Shown here in pieces: positions 1-9,055 of a stretch of DNA of 64,000 nt. Within the stretch, counting starts at the first letter, position 1; each line of letters begins with the position of its first letter. The notes under the pieces were generated by a model. That model worked only from the letters and a program-made list of their open reading frames with translations. It made no database searches and was not told the origin of the DNA. Source of the DNA: a virus. A program made the position numbers and the translations under genes. The stretch spans positions 13,590-77,589 of the IMG/VR virus record IMGVR_UViG_3300036828_000771, one strand, 5' to 3'.

Positions 1-29
1 AATCCCACCCCAGCCAACAAAGACTTCGC

Positions 30-1259
30 ATGACCACTGCCCAGCGACAGCCCTTCGCGAGGAACATGAACCGCTTTGCGCGGGACAAGTTCTCTGCCCA
101 GCAGCAGGTGATGAAGAAGTCGCTGCCGGCGACCATCGTCGAGATGGACCCGACCAACACCATCGCCACGGTGCAGTTCGAGATCGACAGCCAGTTCACG
201 CTGCCGCAGGTCAAGATGCCGGTCTATGGGCCGCAGTACGTGCGCTGGCCGCTGAAGAAGGGCGACAAGGGCGTGGTGCTGTCGGGCGATACGGCGCTCG
301 GCGCGATGTCGGGACTGGGCGAGGGTGTGGCGACGCTGGCGACGCAGTTCAACCTGTCGACCGGCGTCTTCTTCCCGATGGGCAACACCGGGTTCGACGA
401 CACCGACGATGCCAAGGCGACACTGGTCTATGCGCCGAACGGCGTGATCCTGCGCGACGACCAGAAGAAGTCGGTGCTGACGCTGACGCCGACGCAGATC
501 GAGTACAAGCTGAACGACTACGTCAACGTCCACATCGACAAGGACAAGCTGCTGCTGTCGTTCAAGAATGCGGGCGGCGACTGCACGATGACCATGGACG
601 CCAACGGAATCCGGCTCGACGCCTTCGGCAACGAGATCAAGATCGACCAGAACGGCGTCACCAACAGCCACGGCAACAACACGCACTTCATGACGCTCAC
701 GGACGGCGGCTTCGTGTTCAGCACACCGGCCAACATTCAGGAGGCCTGTGTCAATTACACGATGAACGCCAGCGCCAATTACACGATGAACGCCAGCGGC
801 GCGGCGGCGCTCACCGCCCCGACCATGAACGTGACGGGCACCTCGACGGCCAACTACAACGGCCCCTCGGGCTACGCGCTCCAGTTCAACGGCAGCAGCG
901 GCACGCTCTACGGCAACGGCACGAACATGCAGGTGGCACCGAGCCAAGCCAGCATCGGTACGCCATGGGCCAACCTCACGATGAACAGCAGCAACGGCCT
1001 CTTGCAGTACGGTGGTGGTCCGTATGTCCAAGTGACCGGCGGGAACGCCACCATGAATGTCAGCGGCGCGACCGTGCAATGTGGGGGGAACGCCATCGCC
1101 CTCAGCAGCGCGGGCACCATCGGCATCAACTCGCCGAACGGTCAGGGAATCAACATGGACCCGGGCCGGGTCGGTATCCAAGGCATGGACTTCAAGCAGC
1201 ACCAGCACGGCGGCATCCAGACGGGCGGCAGCTACACGCAAGGCCCCTCCGGGCCATGA
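30..1259 (+). CDS. Baseplate central spike (gpV/Gp138-like): OB-fold, long beta-helix and HxH apex
   Basis: N-terminal LPATIVEMD...GDKGVV OB-fold, Gly/Asn-rich beta-repeats, C-terminal FKQHQHGGIQTGG metal-binding tip; heads the baseplate cluster. Confidence 0.85.
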   Translation: MTTAQRQPFARNMNRFARDKFSAQQQVMKKSLPATIVEMDPTNTIATVQFEIDSQFTLPQVKMPVYGPQYVRWPLKKGDKGVVLSGDTALGAMSGLGEGVATLATQFNLSTGVFFPMGNTGFDDTDDAKATLVYAPNGVILRDDQKKSVLTLTPTQIEYKLNDYVNVHIDKDKLLLSFKNAGGDCTMTMDANGIRLDAFGNEIKIDQNGVTNSHGNNTHFMTLTDGGFVFSTPANIQEACVNYTMNASANYTMNASGAAALTAPTMNVTGTSTANYNGPSGYALQFNGSSGTLYGNGTNMQVAPSQASIGTPWANLTMNSSNGLLQYGGGPYVQVTGGNATMNVSGATVQCGGNAIALSSAGTIGINSPNGQGINMDPGRVGIQGMDFKQHQHGGIQTGGSYTQGPSGP

Positions 1260-1263
1260 CCTG

Positions 1264-1617
1264 ATGCGCACCTACGGTCGGCCCGACAATCCTGATGGCA
1301 CCAAAGGTCCGTGGACGATGGTCATGACCGACGCCAACGGACTGAACGACATGGTGATGCTGACGACGTTGGCGCAGGTGCTGAAGCTCAACCTCGGCGA
1401 GTCGCCGTTCTTCGCCAACTACGGCATCCCGGCGGTCATGTCGGTGATGACGCAGATACACCCGGACTACAACGTCGCCTTCACCCAGCAGGCGTTCTCG
1501 CGCCAGTTCGCCTCGCTGCTGGTCGCCAAGCGCGACGACCCGACGCCGACCTACGACATCTATGTGACGACGAAGCTGGGCGTTAAGCTCACCGTCTCGA
1601 TCCCCGTCCCGACCTAG
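1264..1617 (+). CDS. Baseplate wedge/gp25-like protein
   Basis: Starts MRTYGR at ATG 1264; LKLNLGESPFFANYGIP motif; lies between spike and J genes. Confidence 0.7.
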   Translation: MRTYGRPDNPDGTKGPWTMVMTDANGLNDMVMLTTLAQVLKLNLGESPFFANYGIPAVMSVMTQIHPDYNVAFTQQAFSRQFASLLVAKRDDPTPTYDIYVTTKLGVKLTVSIPVPT

Positions 1618-1627
1618 AGGCCAGCGC

Positions 1628-3655
1628 ATGGCGAACGACCTCTCCGAAGACATCGGCAATCTGCCTCTGGTCCTCGGACCGGCCGGACTGATGCCGCAAT
1701 CGCCGGCCGATCTGCGCGCCCAACTGATCGCGCTCGTCAGCAAGACCAACCCCGACTACACCGCGAACCTGCCGGGCTCGCTGGTCGAGGACATCGCCTC
1801 GACCGATGTCGCCGCGCTGATCCTGATCGACCGCATGCGAGTCGAGATGCTGAACTCGCTGACGCCGAGGGGGTGCAACGCCTTCGTGCTGAACCAGCTT
1901 GGCCAGATTTACGGCGTGCAGGTCGGCCAGTCGACGAACACCTCGGTCTATGTCCGCTTCACTGGCCTGCCGGGCTTCGTCGTCGGCAAGGGCTTCACCG
2001 TCACCGATGGCAACTTCCAGTACGCCCTGAGCGATGGCGGCGTGTGCGGCTCTGACGGCAACACCCCGCCGCTGTTCGCGCTCGCCACCCAGCCCGGCAT
2101 CTGGGCGGTGCCCGCCGGCACTGTCACAGGAATCATCTCCTCGGTGCCGAGCGGCTTCACGCTCAGCGTCGTCAACGATGAGCCGGGCTTCCCCGGCACC
2201 GATGTCGAGACGATCACGAGCTATCGCTCGCGCGTGCTGATGGCTGGACTCGCGGCCAGCCAAGGCATGGGCCGCTACCTGCGCACGCTGCTGGGCAACG
2301 TCCCCGGCGTCCAGCCGCGACTGATTGGCATCCAGCAGCAGCCGAACGGGCAGTGGTCGATCATCGTGGGCGGCGGCGATCCCTATCAGGTCGCCTACGC
2401 GATCTACACCGCGCTGTTCGACATCAACAATCTGGTGGGCTCGACGCTGGGTGTCGTGACGATCAGCCAAGCCAATCCGGGGCTGGTCACACTCAACCTC
2501 AACCACCTCTACATGCCCGGCCAGCCAGTCACCATCGCCGGGGTGACGCCGCCGACCTACAACGGCAGCTTCGCCGTCATCGACACGCCGACGCAGCAGA
2601 GCTTCCACATCGGCACGCCCTACTCGAACAATGCGATCCAGAGCTTGGTGTGGGCAGCCACTGCGGCACCGGGTGCCAACGGCGCGCTCTCCCAGACGGC
2701 GGGCGGCGCGCTGGCCGCACGAACGCTGTATGTGCGCAGCACATGGGTCACGCCTTTGGGCGAGACGACTGCCGCACCCGAGACTTCGCTCGCTGTGCTG
2801 GCGAACAATCTCCTGAACGTCGCGGCACCAGCGTCGCCACCTTCCGGCGTCACGGGCTGGAACGTCTATGTCTCTAACGCCACCGGCACAGAGACCAAGC
2901 AGAACACCACTCCCATCGCGCTAGGCGCAACTTGGGTTCAGCCCGTTAGCGGCATCATCACCACGGGTTCGGCTTTGCCGTCGAGCAGCACAGCAGGCGG
3001 CGTGGCGACGGCGGTGACGCTCGCACCGCACGGTGTGACGGTCGGCTCGACGTTTGCGATCTCGGGGGCCACGCCGGCCGGCTGGAACAGCACCGCTCTG
3101 GTGGCGACCGCTGGCACAGCCGGGACGACGCTGAACTGGGCGCTGGCGGCCAGCCCGGGAGCGGCGACGGTGAACGGCCAGCTTGTCGCTGGCGTGGCTC
3201 TGTTCAACACCAGCGGCCTCGCGGCCTACGTCAGCGGCGGCGTGGTCACGCCGAACCTGCGCAACAACATCGTGACGCTGTCCGACTACCCGGACACCTA
3301 CCAGATTCCGTTCATCATCCCGCCGCAGCAGACCATCGCCTCGACCGTGCAGTGGCACACGACGAGCCCGAACTTCGTGTCGGCGGCGGCGGTGGCGCAG
3401 TTGGCGATCCCGGCGCTGGTCGACTACATCAACAGCATCCCGGTCGGCCAGCCGATCAATCTCTACGCGATGCAGGACGTGTTCACCGATGCGGTCGAGC
3501 CCGTCCTGCCGGCGTCGCTGATCTCGACCATCATCATCTCGATCTCGATCAACGGCGTCGGCACGCCCGTGACGCCGGGCACGGGCCTGTTCAATGGCGA
3601 CCCGCAGTCGTACTTCTTCGCCACGTCGTCGAACTTCAACATCGTTCAGATATAA
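1628..3655 (+). CDS. Baseplate J-like protein with inserted beta-rich accessory domains
   Basis: LNQLGQIYG, VRFTG..GFVV.KGFTV, GTDVETITSYRSRV and GGGDPYQVAYAIY motifs; ~270-aa insertion. Confidence 0.85.
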   Translation: MANDLSEDIGNLPLVLGPAGLMPQSPADLRAQLIALVSKTNPDYTANLPGSLVEDIASTDVAALILIDRMRVEMLNSLTPRGCNAFVLNQLGQIYGVQVGQSTNTSVYVRFTGLPGFVVGKGFTVTDGNFQYALSDGGVCGSDGNTPPLFALATQPGIWAVPAGTVTGIISSVPSGFTLSVVNDEPGFPGTDVETITSYRSRVLMAGLAASQGMGRYLRTLLGNVPGVQPRLIGIQQQPNGQWSIIVGGGDPYQVAYAIYTALFDINNLVGSTLGVVTISQANPGLVTLNLNHLYMPGQPVTIAGVTPPTYNGSFAVIDTPTQQSFHIGTPYSNNAIQSLVWAATAAPGANGALSQTAGGALAARTLYVRSTWVTPLGETTAAPETSLAVLANNLLNVAAPASPPSGVTGWNVYVSNATGTETKQNTTPIALGATWVQPVSGIITTGSALPSSSTAGGVATAVTLAPHGVTVGSTFAISGATPAGWNSTALVATAGTAGTTLNWALAASPGAATVNGQLVAGVALFNTSGLAAYVSGGVVTPNLRNNIVTLSDYPDTYQIPFIIPPQQTIASTVQWHTTSPNFVSAAAVAQLAIPALVDYINSIPVGQPINLYAMQDVFTDAVEPVLPASLISTIIISISINGVGTPVTPGTGLFNGDPQSYFFATSSNFNIVQI

Positions 3656-3658
3656 GCC

Positions 3659-4738
3659 ATGGCCGAGATTCAAATCTGGCCGCTGGCGATCTCCGAGGTC
3701 CCGGTCGCGTCCAAGCCGGTCACGGTGCTGTACGGCCCCTGCCTCGGCGGCTTCATCCAGAACCCCGCGTCGGCGCGCGATCAGGGACTGGCCATTGTCG
3801 AGGCCCTCTTCGTCAACATGAGCGGCCCGGCGACGCCGTTCGTGACTGGCACGACGTTCGCCGTCCAGCCCGGGCAAATCTGGCAGGTGCCGTTCAACTT
3901 CGCGGGTGATCTCAGCGTGACGGCGGCGTCGTCGCATCACCGCTTCGCTGGCATCGTGATGCAGCCGCAGACGGTGTTCTCCCGTTCCGAGGCCTTCGAG
4001 GAGGGGCTGGTCTTCCCGCCGGCCGGGCCGGTGACGTTGCAGCGGACGATCCCGTCGTACCTCTACCAGCAGTACAACGACGACGACGACTTGCAGGCCT
4101 TCGTCAACGCCTACAACACGATGACCCAGCAGTACGCGCTGTGGATGTCGAACATCAACCTCGCCGTCTACACCGGCGACAACATCTCGGGCGCACTGCT
4201 CGACTGGGTGGCGGAGGGGCTCTACGGCATCAAGCGAGGTGCCCTCAGTACCGGACATGGCCGAACGGTTGGCCCGTTCAACACCTACGCCTTCAACACG
4301 ACAGTGCTGAACGTGCTCAAGAACATCCCGCCGACCGACTACTCGCTGACGAACGACGACATCTTCAAGCGCATCATGACGTGGCACATCGACAAGGGCG
4401 ACGGCAAGGTCTTCGACATCCGCTGGCTGAAACGGCGCGTCCAGCAATTCCTCACCGGCACCAACGGCAGCGAGGGCCAGACCGATACGACCTATCCGGT
4501 GTCGGTCACGTTCGGAGCCGGCAATCAGGTCAACATCAACCTCCAGCCGAACCGCAGGCGCTTCGTCAGAGGGGCGCTCCTCGGCACCTTCCTGATGAAC
4601 AGCGTGCCGCTCAACGACTTCGAGTCGTCTCTGACGCAGGTCCCGGTGAGCCCCTACGCGCCGATCCTGAAAGCAGCCATCGCTGCGGGCGTGTTGGAGC
4701 TACCGTTTCAATTTACGTTTGTGGTCAATATTAGTTAG
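3659..4738 (+). CDS. Baseplate I/DUF2612-like wedge protein with an extra N-terminal domain
   Basis: GALLDWVAEGLYGIKR and NDDIFKRIMTW motifs; follows J; N-terminal 100 aa paralogous to 5930-6238. Confidence 0.7.
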   Translation: MAEIQIWPLAISEVPVASKPVTVLYGPCLGGFIQNPASARDQGLAIVEALFVNMSGPATPFVTGTTFAVQPGQIWQVPFNFAGDLSVTAASSHHRFAGIVMQPQTVFSRSEAFEEGLVFPPAGPVTLQRTIPSYLYQQYNDDDDLQAFVNAYNTMTQQYALWMSNINLAVYTGDNISGALLDWVAEGLYGIKRGALSTGHGRTVGPFNTYAFNTTVLNVLKNIPPTDYSLTNDDIFKRIMTWHIDKGDGKVFDIRWLKRRVQQFLTGTNGSEGQTDTTYPVSVTFGAGNQVNINLQPNRRRFVRGALLGTFLMNSVPLNDFESSLTQVPVSPYAPILKAAIAAGVLELPFQFTFVVNIS

Positions 4739-4752
4739 CGAGGCTCTGACCC

Positions 4753-5916
4753 ATGGCCCAACTGATCTTCAAAAACAACGCCCAGAGCACGCTGGCCGGA
4801 TCGATCAGCAACACTGCCACGTCAATCCAGCTTGCAGCGGGCACTGGCATCCTGTTCCCCAGCCCGGCAGCCGGGCAGTATTTCGTCGCCACCTTGATCG
4901 ACGCCGCGACCGGACTCGTCAACGAGATCGTCTGGTGCACGCAGATGGTTGGCGACATCGCCACCGTGGTGCGCGCGCAGGAAGGCACCACGAACAAGCC
5001 GTGGAACGCCAACGACGCCTTCGCCGAACTGTGGACCGCTGGCCAAGCCGGCCAGATGCTTCAGCAAGGCCAGAACCAAGCGCAGAGCGGCAACTACGGC
5101 ACCGACGTTGGCAGCCAGAATGCCGTGCGTGTCGTGCTCAACCCGCCGCTCACCTCGCCCATCCCGGGCATGCCGATCCGCGTGCTGATCGCGAACACCA
5201 ACACCGGCGACTCCACTCTCGATCCCGGTCCCGGCCCGGCGCAGATCATGCAGGGCAACGGCGTCCCGCTGCCTCCTAACGCGCTGGTTGCCAACTTCAT
5301 CTCGGAGTTCGCGTGGAACGGCACCAAGTACGAACTGATCGCACCGAATCTCGCGCAGGCGATAGCGCCCGGCACGGTCGCGCATTACGCGGGCTCCAAC
5401 CCACCGGGCGGTTGGCTGTTCTGCGATGGCTCATCGCAGGTGCAGGCGAACTTCCCCGCCCTGTTCGCGGTCATCGGCACGATCTACGGCTCGGTCGACG
5501 GCACGCACTTCAATCTGCCCGACGTGCGCGGCCGGGTGATCGCGACGCTTGATGGTGGCGTCGGCCGCCTGACCACTGCATCGATCAATACGCCCAACGC
5601 GCTCGCCGGTGTCGGCGGTGCCCAGTCGAACAGCGCCAGTATCAGCGGTACGGCGAGCGGCACCCTCAGCGTGAGCACGAGTGTGAGCGTGGGTGGTTCC
5701 GGCAGCACCGGCGGCGAGAACGTCGAGAGCAACGCCAACTCCGGGCCGGGCGGCAGCTTCAACTTCCCCGCAGTCGGTCACGCCCACAACTTCAGCGTCA
5801 ATTCCAACGGCAGCGGCTCAGGCAGCGCCAGCGGCAATATGGGCGTGAGCGGTGGGACGGCGAGCTTCATCATCGTCCAGCCGACGATCATGATGAACAC
5901 CATGATCAAGACCTGA
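4753..5916 (+). CDS. Tail fibre protein with tail-collar domain
   Basis: NNAQSTLAGSI N-terminus; collar motif PGGWLFCDG...LFAVIGTIYG...FNLPDVRGRV; ends QPTIMMNTMIKT. Confidence 0.85.
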   Translation: MAQLIFKNNAQSTLAGSISNTATSIQLAAGTGILFPSPAAGQYFVATLIDAATGLVNEIVWCTQMVGDIATVVRAQEGTTNKPWNANDAFAELWTAGQAGQMLQQGQNQAQSGNYGTDVGSQNAVRVVLNPPLTSPIPGMPIRVLIANTNTGDSTLDPGPGPAQIMQGNGVPLPPNALVANFISEFAWNGTKYELIAPNLAQAIAPGTVAHYAGSNPPGGWLFCDGSSQVQANFPALFAVIGTIYGSVDGTHFNLPDVRGRVIATLDGGVGRLTTASINTPNALAGVGGAQSNSASISGTASGTLSVSTSVSVGGSGSTGGENVESNANSGPGGSFNFPAVGHAHNFSVNSNGSGSGSASGNMGVSGGTASFIIVQPTIMMNTMIKT

Positions 5917-5929
5917 GCGGGAGCGCGCC

Positions 5930-6238
5930 ATGGCAGTCAATCCTCAACCCGGCACGAACTCGGTGGTGTCGCAAGCCGGCGTCGCCGTGCAAGCCGTGCC
6001 CGCGAATCCGCAAGGCGGCGGCATCATCACCAACCCGGTGAGCAACACCGATCAGGGTATCACCGGGGCCTCTGAGCCGCTCTACGTCTGCCCGAACGGC
6101 TCGGCAGCGCTACAAGGCAACGGCACGACCTTCGCGCTCGCGCCCGGCCAGTCGTGGAACGTGATCCCCGGCCAGATCACTGCCACCAGCGTCAACGCTG
6201 CCACCGCCGGGCACAAGTTCAGCGTCGTGTGGTGGTAG
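5930..6238 (+). CDS. Small tail/baseplate-associated beta protein
   Basis: Position in the tail module; aligns with the N-terminus of 3659-4738. Confidence 0.6.
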   Translation: MAVNPQPGTNSVVSQAGVAVQAVPANPQGGGIITNPVSNTDQGITGASEPLYVCPNGSAALQGNGTTFALAPGQSWNVIPGQITATSVNAATAGHKFSVVWW

Positions 6239-6241
6239 ACC

Positions 6242-7789
6242 ATGCCTGACGGTAGCCAGAAGGCCTCGCAGTTCCTGAGCGGTGCTGCGCCGGTGGCGAC
6301 GACCACGACCGTGGTCGCCACACCCGGCCCGGGGGCTCCGCCGAGTCCGTGGATACAAAACGGCCCGACTGTCTCCTACGATCAAGGTGGCGCGGTCGTT
6401 CCGAGCAGCGTGCCCGGCGGCACCAAGGGCGTGGGCTCGATCAACGCCGAGGCGATCTACATCAACGGCCAGCCACTCGCGACTTCGGAAGTGACGGTCA
6501 GACTCTTGCAAGGCGTCGGCATCGCCCTCACGCCGAATCCGATCCTCAGCGACGGCACGATTGCGCTGGCGAACACGGTCGTGACACCGAGCAGCTACGG
6601 CGATGCCGGGCACGTCGCAGGCTTCACGGTCGATCAACAGGGCCGGCTGACGGCGGCTGGCAACATCGCGATCACGCCCAGTGCCATCGGCGCGCAGCCC
6701 GCCGGGAATTACGTGGTCGAAGCGCCCTCGGACGGCAACACCTATGGCCGCAGCAATGCTGCGTGGGTTCTCGTTGGTGGCGGGAGCGGTGTGGGCAATA
6801 CGACCGAGTACAGCTTCAACGCCACCACGACATCGCCGCCAAGCAGCGGTCAGATCAGGGCCAATACCACCGACCAGACGCTGGCGACCGCGCTCTATAT
6901 GAGCGGCACCAACGCGCCGGGGGTCAATGTCTACAATTACCTGATGGCCGAGTTGTCTGCTGGCGGAAAGCTCTACCTGCAAACCAAGGACGACAGCACA
7001 AAGTACGTCACCTACCTCATCGCAGGGCCGCCGGTCGGTAACACGACATGGGTGAACGTGCCGGTCACGTACCAAAGTGGACCGGGCGGTGTGGCGGCAG
7101 GTCAGCGCTGTATCATCGTCAACATCAGCAGCGGTGGCGGTGCCAGCATCACGATTTCGGACACTCCCCCGGCTTCACCGACTGCCGGTGCGCTGTGGTG
7201 GAACTCTACCCTTGGGCAGATGTTCATCTGGTTCACAGACCCGACAAGCTCCCAGTGGGTGCCTGCTTCGCCGTCGGCCAGCGCGCAGACGATTCCGCCC
7301 GGCGCGCTCATGGACTTCGCCGGAACGACCGTGCCGACCGGCTGGCTGATGTGCGACGGCTCGCAGGTGAGCCGCACGACCAACGCACCGCTGTTCTCGG
7401 CCATCGGCACGACCTACGGCGCGGGCGACGGCAGCACGACGTTTAACCTGCCCGACTGTCGCGGGCGCGTGACGGCGGGCCTCGATCCGGGTGGGACAGC
7501 GGGACGATTGACGGCGGGCGGCTCGGGCATCGCTGGTCAGACGTTGGGTGCGGCGGGCGGGATCGAGACTGAAACGCTGACGGCGGCACAAATGCCATCG
7601 CACAACCACACGCTCGGCGGTAACACTGTCTCGTTCCTCGCCAGCGGCGGCAATCTTTGGTCAGCCTTGGCAAATGCGCCTGCCGCTATAAATGCTTGGT
7701 ACATCTCCCAAACTGACACTGCTGGCAGCGGCGCTGCGCATCAAAACACCCAGCCGACCATCATCATGAACAAGATCATCAAGACGTAA
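6242..7789 (+). CDS. Tail fibre protein with C-terminal collar domain
   Basis: FTVDQQGRLTAAG and EAPSDGNTYGR fibre motifs; collar PTGWLMCDG...FNLPDCRGRV; ends QPTIIMNKIIKT. Confidence 0.85.
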   Translation: MPDGSQKASQFLSGAAPVATTTTVVATPGPGAPPSPWIQNGPTVSYDQGGAVVPSSVPGGTKGVGSINAEAIYINGQPLATSEVTVRLLQGVGIALTPNPILSDGTIALANTVVTPSSYGDAGHVAGFTVDQQGRLTAAGNIAITPSAIGAQPAGNYVVEAPSDGNTYGRSNAAWVLVGGGSGVGNTTEYSFNATTTSPPSSGQIRANTTDQTLATALYMSGTNAPGVNVYNYLMAELSAGGKLYLQTKDDSTKYVTYLIAGPPVGNTTWVNVPVTYQSGPGGVAAGQRCIIVNISSGGGASITISDTPPASPTAGALWWNSTLGQMFIWFTDPTSSQWVPASPSASAQTIPPGALMDFAGTTVPTGWLMCDGSQVSRTTNAPLFSAIGTTYGAGDGSTTFNLPDCRGRVTAGLDPGGTAGRLTAGGSGIAGQTLGAAGGIETETLTAAQMPSHNHTLGGNTVSFLASGGNLWSALANAPAAINAWYISQTDTAGSGAAHQNTQPTIIMNKIIKT

Positions 7790-7792
7790 TCC

Positions 7793-9055
7793 ATGATCGA
7801 CTTCCCGAACAGCCCTGCCGATCAGGCCATCTTCAACGGCCCTAACGGCGTGATCTATCAGTGGATCGCCGCGTCGAACCTGTGGAAGGCGCTGGGGGTG
7901 GGCCAGCAGAGCATTGTCGTGGGCGACACCGCCCCGGCCAGTCCGTTCAACGGGATGATGTGGTGGAACAGCACACTGGCGCAGTTGTTCATCTACTATA
8001 ACGATGGCAACTCCAGCCAGTGGGTGCCAGCAGTGCCACCCGCCACCCAGCTGCTGACGACTCCGGGCGGCGACTTCTTCGCCTATCACAGCGCGCCGCC
8101 GTCATTGGGTACTGCACTCACGCAGATGATTCCCAATACGATCTACTCGGGAAATTCAGGGAATTGGTATAATCCATCCAATGGCCGTTACACGCCGCCG
8201 CCCGGACGCTATCTGCTGATGGCGGGATATGTGAGTTACGCGGGTTCAGCGACGACCGCTCAGCTTTGGTTGCGCAAGAACGGCGTGAATTTGGGCGGCG
8301 CTGGCAGCACCCTTCTCGGCATTGGCATGCAGGTTCCTGCTGGAGCGAGTTGGCAAGGTGATCCGCAAGGCACGGCCATCGTCGATGCCAATGGCACGGA
8401 TTACTTCGACTACGTTGTCCAGAACAACGCGGCTTCGACCGTCCTTTCTGAGTGGTTCGGTGCCTTCCCGATCTCCGGCGTGCAGGGACCAGCGGGGCCG
8501 CCGGGCGTGGTGGGCACGACGTGGCGGCAGTTGCAGCGCACGGTGATCTCGGCTGCTCAGCCCTCGTTCGACATCACCGGCATCCCCGCCGACATCAACG
8601 AACTGATGTTCACCTACGACCTGACGCCAGTGACAGCCTCTGGCCTCGTCTTCCAGTTCTACAACAACACCGGAACGCTGGACGCCACCGGCCCCTACGG
8701 ATGGGTCGGCAAGTGGGCGAACAATGCGATGGCGGGTGGCGCGGCGGTCGTCACCTACAGCGGCAATTCTCAGGGCTTTACTACAGGTGTCGTCTTCAAT
8801 GGTTCGGTTGCTGGATGGGGCGTCAGCACCACGAGCGGCGGTCGCGGTAGAGGACAGGTGGTCAACATCAGGGACACGACGCGCGGTAAGAACGTGGATT
8901 TCGCGTGCAGTTGGGTCGACCAGACGAACTCCTATCTGGGCACGTTCGATGGCCAAGGCTGGCGCGGTACTGTTGGTGCGATCACCGGCCTGCGCCTGTC
9001 GTTCGGCACCGGCAACATCGCCTCCGGCGCGGTCGAAGTGTGGGGTTCACCATGA
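7793..9055 (+). CDS. Receptor-binding/tail fibre protein (one C1q-like module, collagen-like linker)
   Basis: MIDFPNSP start; NGRYTPPPGRY...VDANGTDYF module; GVQGPAGPPG linker; ends EVWGSP. Confidence 0.7.
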   Translation: MIDFPNSPADQAIFNGPNGVIYQWIAASNLWKALGVGQQSIVVGDTAPASPFNGMMWWNSTLAQLFIYYNDGNSSQWVPAVPPATQLLTTPGGDFFAYHSAPPSLGTALTQMIPNTIYSGNSGNWYNPSNGRYTPPPGRYLLMAGYVSYAGSATTAQLWLRKNGVNLGGAGSTLLGIGMQVPAGASWQGDPQGTAIVDANGTDYFDYVVQNNAASTVLSEWFGAFPISGVQGPAGPPGVVGTTWRQLQRTVISAAQPSFDITGIPADINELMFTYDLTPVTASGLVFQFYNNTGTLDATGPYGWVGKWANNAMAGGAAVVTYSGNSQGFTTGVVFNGSVAGWGVSTTSGGRGRGQVVNIRDTTRGKNVDFACSWVDQTNSYLGTFDGQGWRGTVGAITGLRLSFGTGNIASGAVEVWGSP

